This document shows, one piece after another, positions 1 to 8,957 of a stretch of DNA of 54,359 nt (its first letter is position 1; every line of letters starts with the position of its first letter). The DNA comes from Candidatus Iainarchaeum sp. (GTDB lineage Archaea > Iainarchaeota > Iainarchaeia > Iainarchaeales > JAZDDZ01), in contig JAZDDZ010000010.1 of NCBI GenBank assembly GCA_043809245.1, positions 1-54,359 on the forward strand. The letters run 5' to 3'. Position numbers and translations under genes: made by a program. The notes under the pieces were generated by a model. It had not been told where the DNA came from. It saw nothing but the letters and a program-made list of their open reading frames with translations, and made no database searches.

Positions 1-132
1 AGAAAAATCATTGGCGGACTACGCCGCGAAACCGGCGCACGAACAATGGAAACAATCACTTCCATGTTCGCCACATGGAAACAACAAGGCAAACCCCTCT
101 ACCCAACCCTCAAAAAAGCCATAAGCGGTTAG
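1..132 (+). CDS. IS66-family transposase, C-terminal fragment (5' truncated by window)
   Basis: Frame 1 reads RKIIGGLRRETGARTMETITSMFATWKQQGKPLYPTLKKAISG*, matching the IS66 TnpC C-terminal pattern RK.SGG.RS..GA......S...T...QG; not in the supplied ORF track. Confidence 0.75.
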   Translation, partial: RKIIGGLRRETGARTMETITSMFATWKQQGKPLYPTLKKAISG

Positions 133-139
133 CACTTAC
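1..139 (+). mobile_element. Right end of an IS66-family element
   Basis: Ends ...GGTTAGCACTTAC at 139 (reverse complement GTAAGTGC...); GTAA termini are typical of IS66. Confidence 0.65.
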
Positions 140-283
140 GTTATCGTCGTTTGCAGAAAAAAATCGGAAAAAATTTTCTGAAAAAATTTTACTGGAAAAT
201 ATTTCCTTAAACCGGAGAAAAAATTATTTGGGCGCTTGCAGAATAATTTTTATACAGTAGCCTTGAACATAATTTAGAATTGC

Positions 284-2962
284 ATGGGAGAAAAATGGTT
301 CGCGGTTGAAGCGGGAAAAGCAGTTGAATCGCTTGGCTCAAGTGAAAAAGGGCTGGGTGAAACTGAAGCCGTTGCGCGCCTGGAAAAATTCGGCGCAAAC
401 GAACTGGAGAAAGGCAAGAAATTTTCCGCGGTTAAGCTTTTTTTCGGGCAGTTTTCTAACTTTCTCGTGCTCATCCTGCTTGCCGCGGCGCTGATTTCGT
501 TTTTTTTCGGTGATGCACTTGATGCTTCCGCGATTTTTGCAATTGTAATCCTTAACGCAGCGCTTGGCTTTGTCCAGGAATTCAAGGCGGAGAAGGCAAT
601 GGAAGCGCTGCGGAAGATGACCGCGCTTAAAGCCAATGTTTTGCGCGGCGGAATTGCCCGGGAGATTGACGCAACGCTTTTGGTGCCGGGGGACTTAGTT
701 TTATTGGGTGCGGGGGACAAGGTGCCCGCTGACCTGCGCCTTATTGAATCCGTTGAATTGCGCTTGGATGAGGCTGTTTTGACAGGCGAAAGCCTTCCCG
801 TGGAAAAAAACAGCAGGGTTACCAAGCAGGGGAACGCCGCTTTAAGCGAGCAGAACAACATGGCTTTCGCGAACACGATTGTTTCATTCGGAAGGGGAAA
901 AGGCGTTGTTGTTGAGACAGGCATGCGCACGGAGTTCGGCAAAATCGCGGAAAAGCTCGGGGAAATAAAAGAAGAGCACACGCCTTTGCAGAAAAAACTA
1001 GACGGACTGGCAAAAAAACTGGGCCTGATTGTGCTTGCTGTCTCGGCAGCGGTTTTCATTGTCGGCGCGCTTGAGGGAAGCCAGTTGTTTGAAATGTTCA
1101 TGATTGCCGTGAGCCTGGGCGTTGCAGCTATTCCCGAGGGGTTGCCTGCAGTCATAACAATAACGCTTGCGCTTGGCATTCAGAGAATGGTTAAGCACAA
1201 CGCGATTGTGAGGAAAATGCCTGTTGTGGAAGCGCTTGGAAGCACCACAATAATTTGCTCTGATAAGACTGGAACGCTCACGCTCAACGAAATGGCTGTG
1301 GAGAAAGTTTTTGCAGGAGGGGAATTGTTTGAGGTTTCAGGCAAAGGCTACAAGCCGTTTGGAGAATTTTTTCTTGGCGGAAAAAAAATAAATCCCCTTG
1401 AGAAAAAAGACTTTGCTTTGCTTTTGGAGGCCGGCGCTTCATGCAATGACGCAAGTGTAAGCGATGGGGGAAAAATTGTCGGCGACCCCACAGAGGCAGC
1501 GCTTGTTGTCGCCGCGAAAAAAGCGGGACTTGCTTTGTTGAAGAAAAGGGTTGATGAAATCCCGTTCAGCTCGGAAAGGAAAATGATGACAACGCTGCAT
1601 GAAGCGGGCAACGGGAAGATTATTGCGTTCGTTAAGGGCGCGCCTGAAAAAATTTTGGAGGAAAGCGCCTTTGTTCAGGTGAACGGAAAAGTTGCAAGGC
1701 TTATTGAAGGCGAAAGGGAAAAATTCCTCGCAAAAGCGGAAGATTTCGCGTCGGACGCCTACCGCGTGCTTGCAATCGCAATGAAGGGCTATTCTGGAAA
1801 AGACAAGCATTCTGCGGAGAAAGACATGGTTTTGCTCGGTTTGGTGGCTTTAAGGGATCCGGCGCGCAAAGAGGTTGGGGAAGCGATTGCATTGTGCGAG
1901 AGCGCAGGCATCAGGGTGAAAATCGTTACAGGCGACAATGCATTGACTGCAAAGGCCATTGCGAAAAAAATAGGATTGAATGTTGAGGGGGGTGTTGTTG
2001 AGGGAAAGGAATTGGATAGGGTTGAAGGGGAAAAATTCAATGAAATTGTCAGGAATACAGTGGTTTTCGCGCGCGTTAACCCCGAGCACAAGTTCCGCAT
2101 TGTTTCCGCGTTAAAGGAAATGGGTGAAATTGTCGCAGTAACCGGCGACGGGGTGAATGACGCGCCGGCGCTCAAAAAAGCGGACATAGGCATTGCAATG
2201 GGAATAAAGGGAACAGAGGTCGCAAAAGAGGCTGCGGACATGGTTTTAAGGGACGACAATTTTGCGACAATAGTTGAAGCGGTTGAAGAGGGAAGGAAAA
2301 TTTACGATAACCTGAAAAATTTCGTGAAATACCTTTTAAGCGCAAACCTTTACGAGGTTTTATTCATTGGCGCGCTTTCCATTTCAACAATGCCTTTGCC
2401 TTTGCTGCCATTGCAGATTTTATGGATTAATTTGGCGACTGATTCATTGCCCGCGCTTGCATTGGGCGCAGAGAAAGGCGAAAGCGATGCAATGCAGAGA
2501 AAGCCACGTTCCCCAAAGGAAAGCCTATTGGATGGAACATGGCTTTTCATGGCATCGGCTGTTGCCATTGCAACGCTTATCACGGTAATGCTTTACTTTT
2601 ACGGCATGGGAATTGACGCTGCAAGCGGAATCAATTTAAGGGATTTCTCGCAGGCATCTTACACGAGGACAATTGTTTTCTCTTTCTTCATTGCATTTGA
2701 ATTATTCCTTGTTTTCAGCTGCAGGGGCAGGAAAACCGCGCTGGAAATGAACCCATTCTCCAACAAGGCGCTTGTGGCAGCGGTCGCGGTTTCATTTGCC
2801 CTGCTTTTCGCGGTAATCCACATTCCCTTCCTTCAAACAGTGTTCAAAACCGTTCCCCTAACACTAGGAGAATGGGCTATAATCATCCTATTGGCGCTAT
2901 CCAGCGTGCTGGTGCCTTACCTTGAACGCGGATTGAAGAAAATATTTAAATTGAACGGATGA
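284..2962 (+). CDS. Cation-transporting P-type ATPase (type II, Ca2+-ATPase-like)
   Basis: TGES, PEGLP, DKTGT phosphorylation site, KGAPE, TGDN and GDGVNDAP motifs; multiple TM helices. Confidence 0.95.
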   Translation: MGEKWFAVEAGKAVESLGSSEKGLGETEAVARLEKFGANELEKGKKFSAVKLFFGQFSNFLVLILLAAALISFFFGDALDASAIFAIVILNAALGFVQEFKAEKAMEALRKMTALKANVLRGGIAREIDATLLVPGDLVLLGAGDKVPADLRLIESVELRLDEAVLTGESLPVEKNSRVTKQGNAALSEQNNMAFANTIVSFGRGKGVVVETGMRTEFGKIAEKLGEIKEEHTPLQKKLDGLAKKLGLIVLAVSAAVFIVGALEGSQLFEMFMIAVSLGVAAIPEGLPAVITITLALGIQRMVKHNAIVRKMPVVEALGSTTIICSDKTGTLTLNEMAVEKVFAGGELFEVSGKGYKPFGEFFLGGKKINPLEKKDFALLLEAGASCNDASVSDGGKIVGDPTEAALVVAAKKAGLALLKKRVDEIPFSSERKMMTTLHEAGNGKIIAFVKGAPEKILEESAFVQVNGKVARLIEGEREKFLAKAEDFASDAYRVLAIAMKGYSGKDKHSAEKDMVLLGLVALRDPARKEVGEAIALCESAGIRVKIVTGDNALTAKAIAKKIGLNVEGGVVEGKELDRVEGEKFNEIVRNTVVFARVNPEHKFRIVSALKEMGEIVAVTGDGVNDAPALKKADIGIAMGIKGTEVAKEAADMVLRDDNFATIVEAVEEGRKIYDNLKNFVKYLLSANLYEVLFIGALSISTMPLPLLPLQILWINLATDSLPALALGAEKGESDAMQRKPRSPKESLLDGTWLFMASAVAIATLITVMLYFYGMGIDAASGINLRDFSQASYTRTIVFSFFIAFELFLVFSCRGRKTALEMNPFSNKALVAAVAVSFALLFAVIHIPFLQTVFKTVPLTLGEWAIIILLALSSVLVPYLERGLKKIFKLNG

Positions 2963-2985
2963 AGAGATTGAAAAGGTGAGAATTG

Positions 2986-3762
2986 ATGCCTGTGAAAAAA
3001 AACGAGCCGCACTATAAGCCGGCACACAAAGGCTTGCTGGTTAGGTGCGTTGACAGGAGAACCCCCAAGGATCTTTTGGTTAATGCAGCAAGAAAGGCTG
3101 GCTTGGATAGAAAATCCGCATTGGCGCTTTCGGGCGCATATGAGCATCCAACCGCAGGAAATATTGCGGCGCACAAGGACAGGCAGTTTGCTGGCCTTGT
3201 CCAGGCAGCATTCAACCCCGAACACCCCGGAACTCACCTTGGAGTTATAGGGCACCACGGGAGTTGTCTTGGCATGAAGCTAACAAGTGATGCGCTGGCG
3301 CTAATAAGAAGCGGGAAATCACCAACCAGCTTATTTGAACACAAACAATTTGGCACGCTGTACAAACAGGTTGGAGGCAGTTTACACGAATATGAGCCAT
3401 TCTTAGCCGCAGTGGAACAGGTGCATGGCCCTGAATTCTTAACGCGCCCTGAATTTCAGGTTGCCCTTGAAGAATTCAATGTCTTTTTACAGCTTAGTAA
3501 TATAGTAAGACGCGAGGATTTTCAGGCACTGGAAAAAGATATAATTAAAAGTCACAATAATAAAATAACGCTAGTAGCCGGCATTTACACCCCAAAAGAA
3601 AAAATGGTGGAGGGGGCGCTATCTCCTGTTCAGGGACGCATGGAGTTCAAATATGATAAACTTGCTAACGCTGTTGGGGGGATTAAAAATCTCCACAAGC
3701 TTTTAAAGGAATTAAGGTTAAGGCATGAGCCTGGCAACCCCATCATTCAAAGGCTGAAATAA
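2986..3762 (+). CDS. Divergent beta-carbonic anhydrase-like protein
   Basis: CVDRR (CxDxR) and HGSC (HxxC) Zn-ligand motifs; late E.NV..Ql..i pattern; GGTGA RBS upstream. Confidence 0.55.
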   Translation: MPVKKNEPHYKPAHKGLLVRCVDRRTPKDLLVNAARKAGLDRKSALALSGAYEHPTAGNIAAHKDRQFAGLVQAAFNPEHPGTHLGVIGHHGSCLGMKLTSDALALIRSGKSPTSLFEHKQFGTLYKQVGGSLHEYEPFLAAVEQVHGPEFLTRPEFQVALEEFNVFLQLSNIVRREDFQALEKDIIKSHNNKITLVAGIYTPKEKMVEGALSPVQGRMEFKYDKLANAVGGIKNLHKLLKELRLRHEPGNPIIQRLK

Positions 3763-3912
3763 TCATTTCCCCTTCCCGAACATCTTTCCCCTATAGTACT
3801 GCAGCGGGTGCTTTACTGAAGAACCTTGGGATGAACGGCTTGCGGGTTTATTTCCGCTCCAAGGTTCTTCATAGCAGTTTGCGCAGGCTATTCCATGCGA
3901 GCGAAGCGTTGC
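3763..3912 (-). pseudogene. Displaced duplicate of the priL 3' end with an in-frame palindromic insertion
   Basis: Encodes ATLRSHGIACANC[YEEPWSGNKPASRSSQGSS]VKHPLQYYRGKMFGK, versus PriL ATLRSHGIACANCEVKHPLQYYRKKMFGK. Confidence 0.85.
3817..3871. repeat. 55-bp palindromic (MITE-like) insertion
   Basis: Perfect 13-bp inverted repeat TGAAGAACCTTGG / CCAAGGTTCTTCA; absent from intact priL. Confidence 0.75.
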
Positions 3913-3962
3913 ACGCGGCTTTTTGCGGGTTTTATCGGCTTGCGGCAAGGGGAAAGGTATTT

Positions 3963-4010
3963 AATACCTATCCAGCATTATGGATATATCCCTTTTAGTG
4001 GATAGGTGTT
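3963..4010. promoter_or_regulatory. Inverted-repeat operator upstream of the HTH/nucleotidyltransferase pair
   Basis: ACCTATCCA (3966-3974) / TGGATAGGT (3999-4007). Confidence 0.5.
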
Positions 4011-4015
4011 GTTTT

Positions 4016-4612
4016 TTGATTGACTTGGCGTCAGACAAGAAAATGAGGATTGTCGAGTTTTTGCTGGAGAAAAAGGAGTTCACGCAGTACGGGGTGAAAA
4101 AAGAGTTAAGGCTCGGGATGAGCATAGTTAACCAGACGTTCAGTTTTTTGCTTGATAAGGGGGTTATTGGGAAACCTGGAAAAAAATACGCGTTAAAAGA
4201 CCCTGTTGGCTTGATTGAATTAACTGCTTTTTTTCGCAGCATGGAAAAACTTAAAATCATGGAGATAAGCACGTCACTTGAAAAAAAAGACGTCTTGAAA
4301 ATCCTGCCGGATAAATCGATTCTTTGCCTGGAAATTGCCTTGGAAAAATACTCAAATTATTATGTTTCAAACAGGATTTGCTTTTACGCTGACGGTGAAA
4401 CCGCGGATAAATTCAAAAAAAAGCTTTCATTCAAACCAGGAAACAAGACCGTTGTAATCGCGTACAGGGAAAAGCCAAAAGCCCTCCAAATCGAAACATT
4501 TGGAAAACACAAATTTACTGCCAGGATTCGCACAATAATCGACTTGTTTTCAGACAAAAAAGGCAATGCCGCCGAAGCGCTGGTAAGGCAGTTGTGGGGA
4601 AAAAACGCATGA
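4016..4612 (+). CDS. Winged-helix protein, AbiEi-like (type IV TA antitoxin-like)
   Basis: N-terminal wHTH pattern (FTQYGVKKELRLGMSIVNQTFSFLLDKGVI); C-terminal RTIIDL; TTG start after GGTG RBS (ORF track starts it at 3980); coupled to the next gene. Confidence 0.55.
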   Translation: MIDLASDKKMRIVEFLLEKKEFTQYGVKKELRLGMSIVNQTFSFLLDKGVIGKPGKKYALKDPVGLIELTAFFRSMEKLKIMEISTSLEKKDVLKILPDKSILCLEIALEKYSNYYVSNRICFYADGETADKFKKKLSFKPGNKTVVIAYREKPKALQIETFGKHKFTARIRTIIDLFSDKKGNAAEALVRQLWGKNA

Positions 4613-5298
4613 AAAAAATTACTGAAATTTCCGGACAATACCTGAAAAAATTCCTGAAACATGCAGAAAAAGCATTGAATTACGAGCCAATCATTTTGGG
4701 CGGCTGGGCGGTTTACGCGCTTACAAAAAAAGAAAAATCAATAGACATTGACGTTTTAATCAAATCAAAAAAAGAAATTGCAAAACTAAAGCCATTTTTT
4801 GACCAAAACGGCTTCAAAATGGGCAAAGACCGGCTAGGCAACATCAGCTTTGAACGAAAACTTGAATCAATCCAAACAATTGGCGGAATAAAAATCGAAC
4901 AAGTGATTTTCGACATCATGACAATAAACGAGCCAAACAAATTGCACGAAAACAAAAACATTGCAGTTCCATGGAAACTGGCTTTCGATTACAGCACCCG
5001 GGCAAAAATCAGCGGAAAAAAAGTACAGATTGTCGCCCCCGAACTATTGCTTGCATACAAAGCCAAGGCATTAAGGGACAGGATATTCGACAAATACCAT
5101 TTATTCGAACACATGCAGCACAAACGCGTATGGGCCGCGAGAAAAGACTTCAAAATCGAAAAAGACAGGCGGGACATCAAAAACCTGATTCATGCTGGAA
5201 AAATCGATTTCAAAAAACTCGAAGAAATCTTAAACAAAACAAAATTCAAAGAAATGTTCGAACACACGCTAAAAGAAGAAACGGGCCGCGTGATTTAA
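4609..5298 (+). CDS. Nucleotidyltransferase, AbiEii-like
   Basis: ILGGWAV...SIDIDV (GG.A...DxD), PELLLAYK and KDRRDI motifs; ATGA overlap with the upstream gene. Confidence 0.7.
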   Translation: MKKITEISGQYLKKFLKHAEKALNYEPIILGGWAVYALTKKEKSIDIDVLIKSKKEIAKLKPFFDQNGFKMGKDRLGNISFERKLESIQTIGGIKIEQVIFDIMTINEPNKLHENKNIAVPWKLAFDYSTRAKISGKKVQIVAPELLLAYKAKALRDRIFDKYHLFEHMQHKRVWAARKDFKIEKDRRDIKNLIHAGKIDFKKLEEILNKTKFKEMFEHTLKEETGRVI

Positions 5299-5304
5299 AA
5301 AAAA

Positions 5305-6300
5305 CTATTGGCGGGTTTTCCCGAACATCTTTTTCCTGTAATACTGCAGGGGATGCTTTACTTCGCAGTTAGCGCAGGCTATTCCATGGGAGCGAAGCGT
5401 GGCGCAGCTTGGCGGGGAATACTTTGACTTGATTATTCTTTTCACTTGGTAGGACGTTATTTTTTTGTTGAAGTTCGGCATTTTGCTGAACGCCTCGGTT
5501 ATCTGTTCCTCAGTCATTCCGACTGCTGCGAGAAAGACCGCCAAATCAAAGCGCGCGTTGTGAGCTAAGCTTTTTCCGCGCAATGCATCCGAGTAAAGCG
5601 CTGCCATGCACTCCGGGAAAAAATCCGGTGAAACTTTTCCCAATGGCTTCAGGTCAAGGCGTTTTGCCTTGACTGAATTAAGCTGTTCAAGCAATTGCCT
5701 TGCCTGCTGTTTGAAGTTCTGCGGCAATTGCTTTGAATCAATTTCAGGGGAAGAAATGACTTTTTCCTTAACTTTTTTAGAGAGAAAGCGCGCGAAATCG
5801 TTTTTGTTCAAAAAAACTTTTCCCTTGTCTAAGTTTTTGTTGACAAGCTTCATGAATTCTTCGGGAAAATCCGCGGAAAGAAACGCGGCAAGGGGAATTG
5901 ACGCAAAGGCGTTTTCTTCTAGCAGGAAATTTGCCTTTACCTCCAGTTCATCGGATAAATCCATTAAAATTTCGTTTTTTTCGTTTTCAAGTATTTTGAA
6001 TGAATTCACTGCAATCGAATTTGCAAACTTTTGGCTTAACTCCTGCTGCCTTAAAAGAGATAAAAGTATTTTTGCAACCGGAAATGCAAGAATTTCATTC
6101 AACAAGTCATCGCGGCTTGCCCTGATTTCAGGCTTGTAGGCTTTTCCTTTCAAGGCGTTCAAAAGCATTGCCTTTGAGCGCTCAAAAACCTCAGGCGGGA
6201 CGTCTTCAAGCGAAAAGCCGTTTTCCTTTACCACGCGCTTTGCAGTAGAAGTGAAGGGAAACTGCTGCGCGAAACGAAGCTCTTCAACTGAAAAAAGCAT
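5305..6300 (-). CDS. priL: DNA primase large subunit
   Basis: FPF N-terminus, KLVN, FPECM, HNARF.L..FL, PNFN..IT.YQV, YSPPSC..L...G..C, HPLQYY. Confidence 0.92.
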   Translation of the reverse strand: MLFSVEELRFAQQFPFTSTAKRVVKENGFSLEDVPPEVFERSKAMLLNALKGKAYKPEIRASRDDLLNEILAFPVAKILLSLLRQQELSQKFANSIAVNSFKILENEKNEILMDLSDELEVKANFLLEENAFASIPLAAFLSADFPEEFMKLVNKNLDKGKVFLNKNDFARFLSKKVKEKVISSPEIDSKQLPQNFKQQARQLLEQLNSVKAKRLDLKPLGKVSPDFFPECMAALYSDALRGKSLAHNARFDLAVFLAAVGMTEEQITEAFSKMPNFNKKITSYQVKRIIKSKYSPPSCATLRSHGIACANCEVKHPLQYYRKKMFGKTRQ

Positions 6301-6416
6301 ACAAAACAATTGGGTGGGAAAAAATTAATAGGCCGCCTGCTGACTGCCAAGCCACCGCAACACATTCGACGTTATATTTAAATATTACATTGTATATATT
6401 TTATTTGTGATGGTTT

Positions 6417-6686
6417 TTGGATTCCTTGAAGGGGCGTTTTCTTTGGAGCAGGCATGCCTTAAGGGAAGCTGTTGAGGATTCCTTCAGGCCAAGCGAAGTT
6501 GAGGGCGCGCTTTCAAAATGCGTTTTAATGGACAGCGGTCTTGGAAAGGAGAAAGCGGTTTGCAAGGTAAGGGGCGCGTACTGTACGGTGATTTTTGCGA
6601 GAATGCAATTCGGCTTAAAGATTGTGACCTGCTGGAGAAGCAGCGATTGGGAGATAAGGGTTTTTGATTCGGAGGCGAGAAAATGA
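6417..6686 (+). CDS. DUF4258/BrnT-like putative toxin
   Basis: WSRHALRE N-terminus and KIVTCW C-terminal motif; overlaps the downstream Zn-finger gene. Confidence 0.6.
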   Translation: MDSLKGRFLWSRHALREAVEDSFRPSEVEGALSKCVLMDSGLGKEKAVCKVRGAYCTVIFARMQFGLKIVTCWRSSDWEIRVFDSEARK

Positions 6687-7015
6687 AATGTGTTTGCGGC
6701 GCAAGCCTGCAGGAAATAAAAACCGACATGGATTTCTTTGACGGCAAGGTTGTTGTAAGGGACGTTAAGGCGTTCTATTGCCCTGAATGCAAGGAAGAAC
6801 TGTTTGATTCAAAAGAAGGCGACAGGCTCTTTGAACAGGTTTCAAAACTCAACATTGTGCAGGCGTTTGAGTCAAGGAAAAAAATCGCAAAAGTCGGAAA
6901 CAGCTTTGCCATACCCGTTTCAAAAGAAATCGCGGATTTCATGCAGATGAAAAAAGGCGAGGAAATAAAGATAAGGGTGCAGAACACGAAAAGAATCGTT
7001 GTGGATTTGGCTTAA
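6683..7015 (+). CDS. YgiT/MqsA-type zinc finger fused to an AbrB-type DNA-binding domain (putative antitoxin)
   Basis: MKCVCG...CPECKE zinc ribbon followed by KIAKVGNSFAIPVSKEIA..M..KGEEI AbrB motif. Confidence 0.75.
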   Translation: MKCVCGASLQEIKTDMDFFDGKVVVRDVKAFYCPECKEELFDSKEGDRLFEQVSKLNIVQAFESRKKIAKVGNSFAIPVSKEIADFMQMKKGEEIKIRVQNTKRIVVDLA

Positions 7016-7018
7016 AAG

Positions 7019-7686
7019 TCATTTTCTTACGTGAGAATGCTGCTTGCGTGGTTTTCCACTTTGCTGTGAAGCCTCCTTTCGCTTTACAGCCAGCATATGC
7101 GACTGCCTAAATCCACGCATACACTCCTTTAAATACTCTATTTCCCCGCATATGTTCCCTTAACCCCTATTTGCGATTCGTGCACTCCCTGCTTTCTTAA
7201 ATTCACAAGCCTTTTTAGCTCCTTGCCAGCGATAATTTTGGAGTCATATGCATTTCTCGTAAGCTTAGGGTCCATGAATGGCTCAAGCCATCCAACTGAA
7301 AATGCCCGCGCCTCATTTATGGGCTGCCCGGATATGTGCTCAATTAAATGGGATACTTCATGGCGCAAAACACTCCTAAAAACCCATCTTTTTTTGTTTA
7401 TAATTTCCTCAGGTATAAAAGTAACGCCGCAAGCAGTACATGCTATCCCGCCAGTCAATTCTTTGAGCAGTACCTACTCATTTTTGGGCACCACGAAAAT
7501 CCTTGAAAAAAGTTCGTTGTTGGAAATTTTTTTTGCTGATAGTCCCTGTGCTGCCAGTATCCTCTTCGTTGCATTTATTTCCTGCGTTATGCGCTCAGAG
7601 TATTTTTCTGCAAGTTTTTGCCAATCCTTTCCTCTAAAACCCAGCAAAAGGTCAGTGAGAAGGCGCAAATTAATCTTGCTTGCCAT
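7019..7686 (-). pseudogene. Disrupted HExxH metallopeptidase-like orphan
   Basis: ORFs 7474-7686 and 7138-7458 are in frame across a single TAG; LRHEVSH motif; a frameshift near 7140 continues EIEYLKECMRGFRQ...HSHVRK* to 7019. Confidence 0.6.
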
Positions 7687-7710
7687 AAATATGCTGGCGT
7701 AATTAAATTG

Positions 7711-8436
7711 TTAAATTATCATGTGCGCCAAATAGAAGACTATTTCGCTTTGGCCAATGGGGTATACGACGCGCATTGGGGCGTCGCTCTTCATTTCCAG
7801 AAGGATTTTTTTGTCTGAGTCGGCTTCCTTTACAATGTTTGCCAAATAGTTCAAGGAGTATTTTGCTGTGACGTCTTTTGTTGATTTAACCACTATTTCC
7901 TTTGAGTCCCTTGAAATCGCGTCAAGCGCTCCCTGCGAGCCCCTTGCCTCAACTGAGAAATGCTTTCCCTTGACTTTTAGGACCACGGAGCTGCCGAAAA
8001 GCTGCGCGTCCTTTAATGCTTCCTTGAGAAGCCTTGCGCTTATTTCAATGCTTGCGTCAAACTTTGTTGTCGGCAAATTGATTTCTTCCTCTGAAACGTC
8101 CAGCAGCGAGAGCTTGAAGGAACGGTTAATCTCTCCCTCAAGTTTAACGGTCATTTCCGAGTCGCTTAAATCCAGTGAAAGGCTGTCGGAAGGAGACGCC
8201 CTGCCCAAAATCTTGCTTAACTCCACAACATCCACTCCAACAAAAGTGGGCTCCAAATCAAATTTTTCAAAAGCTGTTTTTGAGAGGTTGTATTGAATGA
8301 GCACTATTTGGCTCGGGTCAATTCCCTTGAATGAAATTCCCTTTTCGTTGAAGCGGAAGTTTCCCTCTGAAATAAAGGAAGAAATCGCGCTGACTGCCCT
8401 GCGCCACAAATCAATGTTTTTAAGCTCTAAAACCAA
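7711..8436 (-). CDS. pcn: DNA polymerase sliding clamp PCNA
   Basis: GIDPSQIVLI, YSLNYL, D.PM...Y, FYLA motifs; TTG start after GGTGA RBS. Confidence 0.92.
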   Translation of the reverse strand: MVLELKNIDLWRRAVSAISSFISEGNFRFNEKGISFKGIDPSQIVLIQYNLSKTAFEKFDLEPTFVGVDVVELSKILGRASPSDSLSLDLSDSEMTVKLEGEINRSFKLSLLDVSEEEINLPTTKFDASIEISARLLKEALKDAQLFGSSVVLKVKGKHFSVEARGSQGALDAISRDSKEIVVKSTKDVTAKYSLNYLANIVKEADSDKKILLEMKSDAPMRVVYPIGQSEIVFYLAHMII

Positions 8437-8519
8437 TTCATCACCCTTAAACCGCAATAACAGGAAGTTATGCAGAAATGTTATTAAAATTGTTTCCATG
8501 CAAATGCTTTGTGGTGGAA

Positions 8520-8957
8520 ATGAAGGCATTCATTGCATCAGACCATGCCGGCCTGGAGCTGAAAAAAGGCATCTTAAGGCACTTGAAGGCAAAAGGCGTT
8601 AAAGCAGAGGATTTGGGCCCTGAGAATGCCGGGCAGGTTGACTACCCTGATTTTGCCAAAAAAGTTGCGAAAAACGTTGCCGCAGAAAAAGGCTCCATTG
8701 GAGTGCTTATTTGCGGTTCAGGCATTGGCATGAGCATTGCGGCAAACAAAGTGAAAGGCATAAGGGCCGCTAAATGCAATTCAGTTGAAGAGGCAAGGCT
8801 TTCAAGGCAGCACAACAACGCGAACGTTTTGTGCCTTGGCGCAAGAATTTTGGAAACAAATCTGGCGCTTGAAATAGTTGACGCGTTCATTGAAACGCCT
8901 TTCAGCGGAGACGAAAGGCACAAAAGGCGCGTGGAAAAAATGGATAAAATGTGCTAG
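8520..8957 (+). CDS. rpiB: Ribose-5-phosphate isomerase B
   Basis: ASDHAG, DYPD, ICGSGIGMSIAANK, HNNANVLCLGAR, RHKRRV. Confidence 0.95.
   Translation: MKAFIASDHAGLELKKGILRHLKAKGVKAEDLGPENAGQVDYPDFAKKVAKNVAAEKGSIGVLICGSGIGMSIAANKVKGIRAAKCNSVEEARLSRQHNNANVLCLGARILETNLALEIVDAFIETPFSGDERHKRRVEKMDKMC

Noticed and set aside
140-235. Repeated AAAAAATTTT tracts as a possible replication origin or repeat array
   Set aside because: Irregular low-complexity A/T tracts; no clear ORB repeats and no cdc6/orc1 gene nearby
274-2583. Long antisense and alternative-frame ORFs over the ATPase (and likewise over rad50, dnaG and the PolB-like gene)
   Set aside because: Shadow ORFs of well-supported genes; Ser/Phe-rich mirror of Lys/Glu codons; no motifs
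3763-3948. 61-aa ORF as an independent gene, or its hairpin as an mRNA BHB intron
   Set aside because: It is a priL fragment; no BHB on the coding strand, and predicted cuts on the other strand would not restore priL
7474-7476. In-frame TAG as evidence of amber recoding or pyrrolysine
   Set aside because: Core genes (priL, rpiB, rad50) end properly at TAG, and the same gene also has a frameshift
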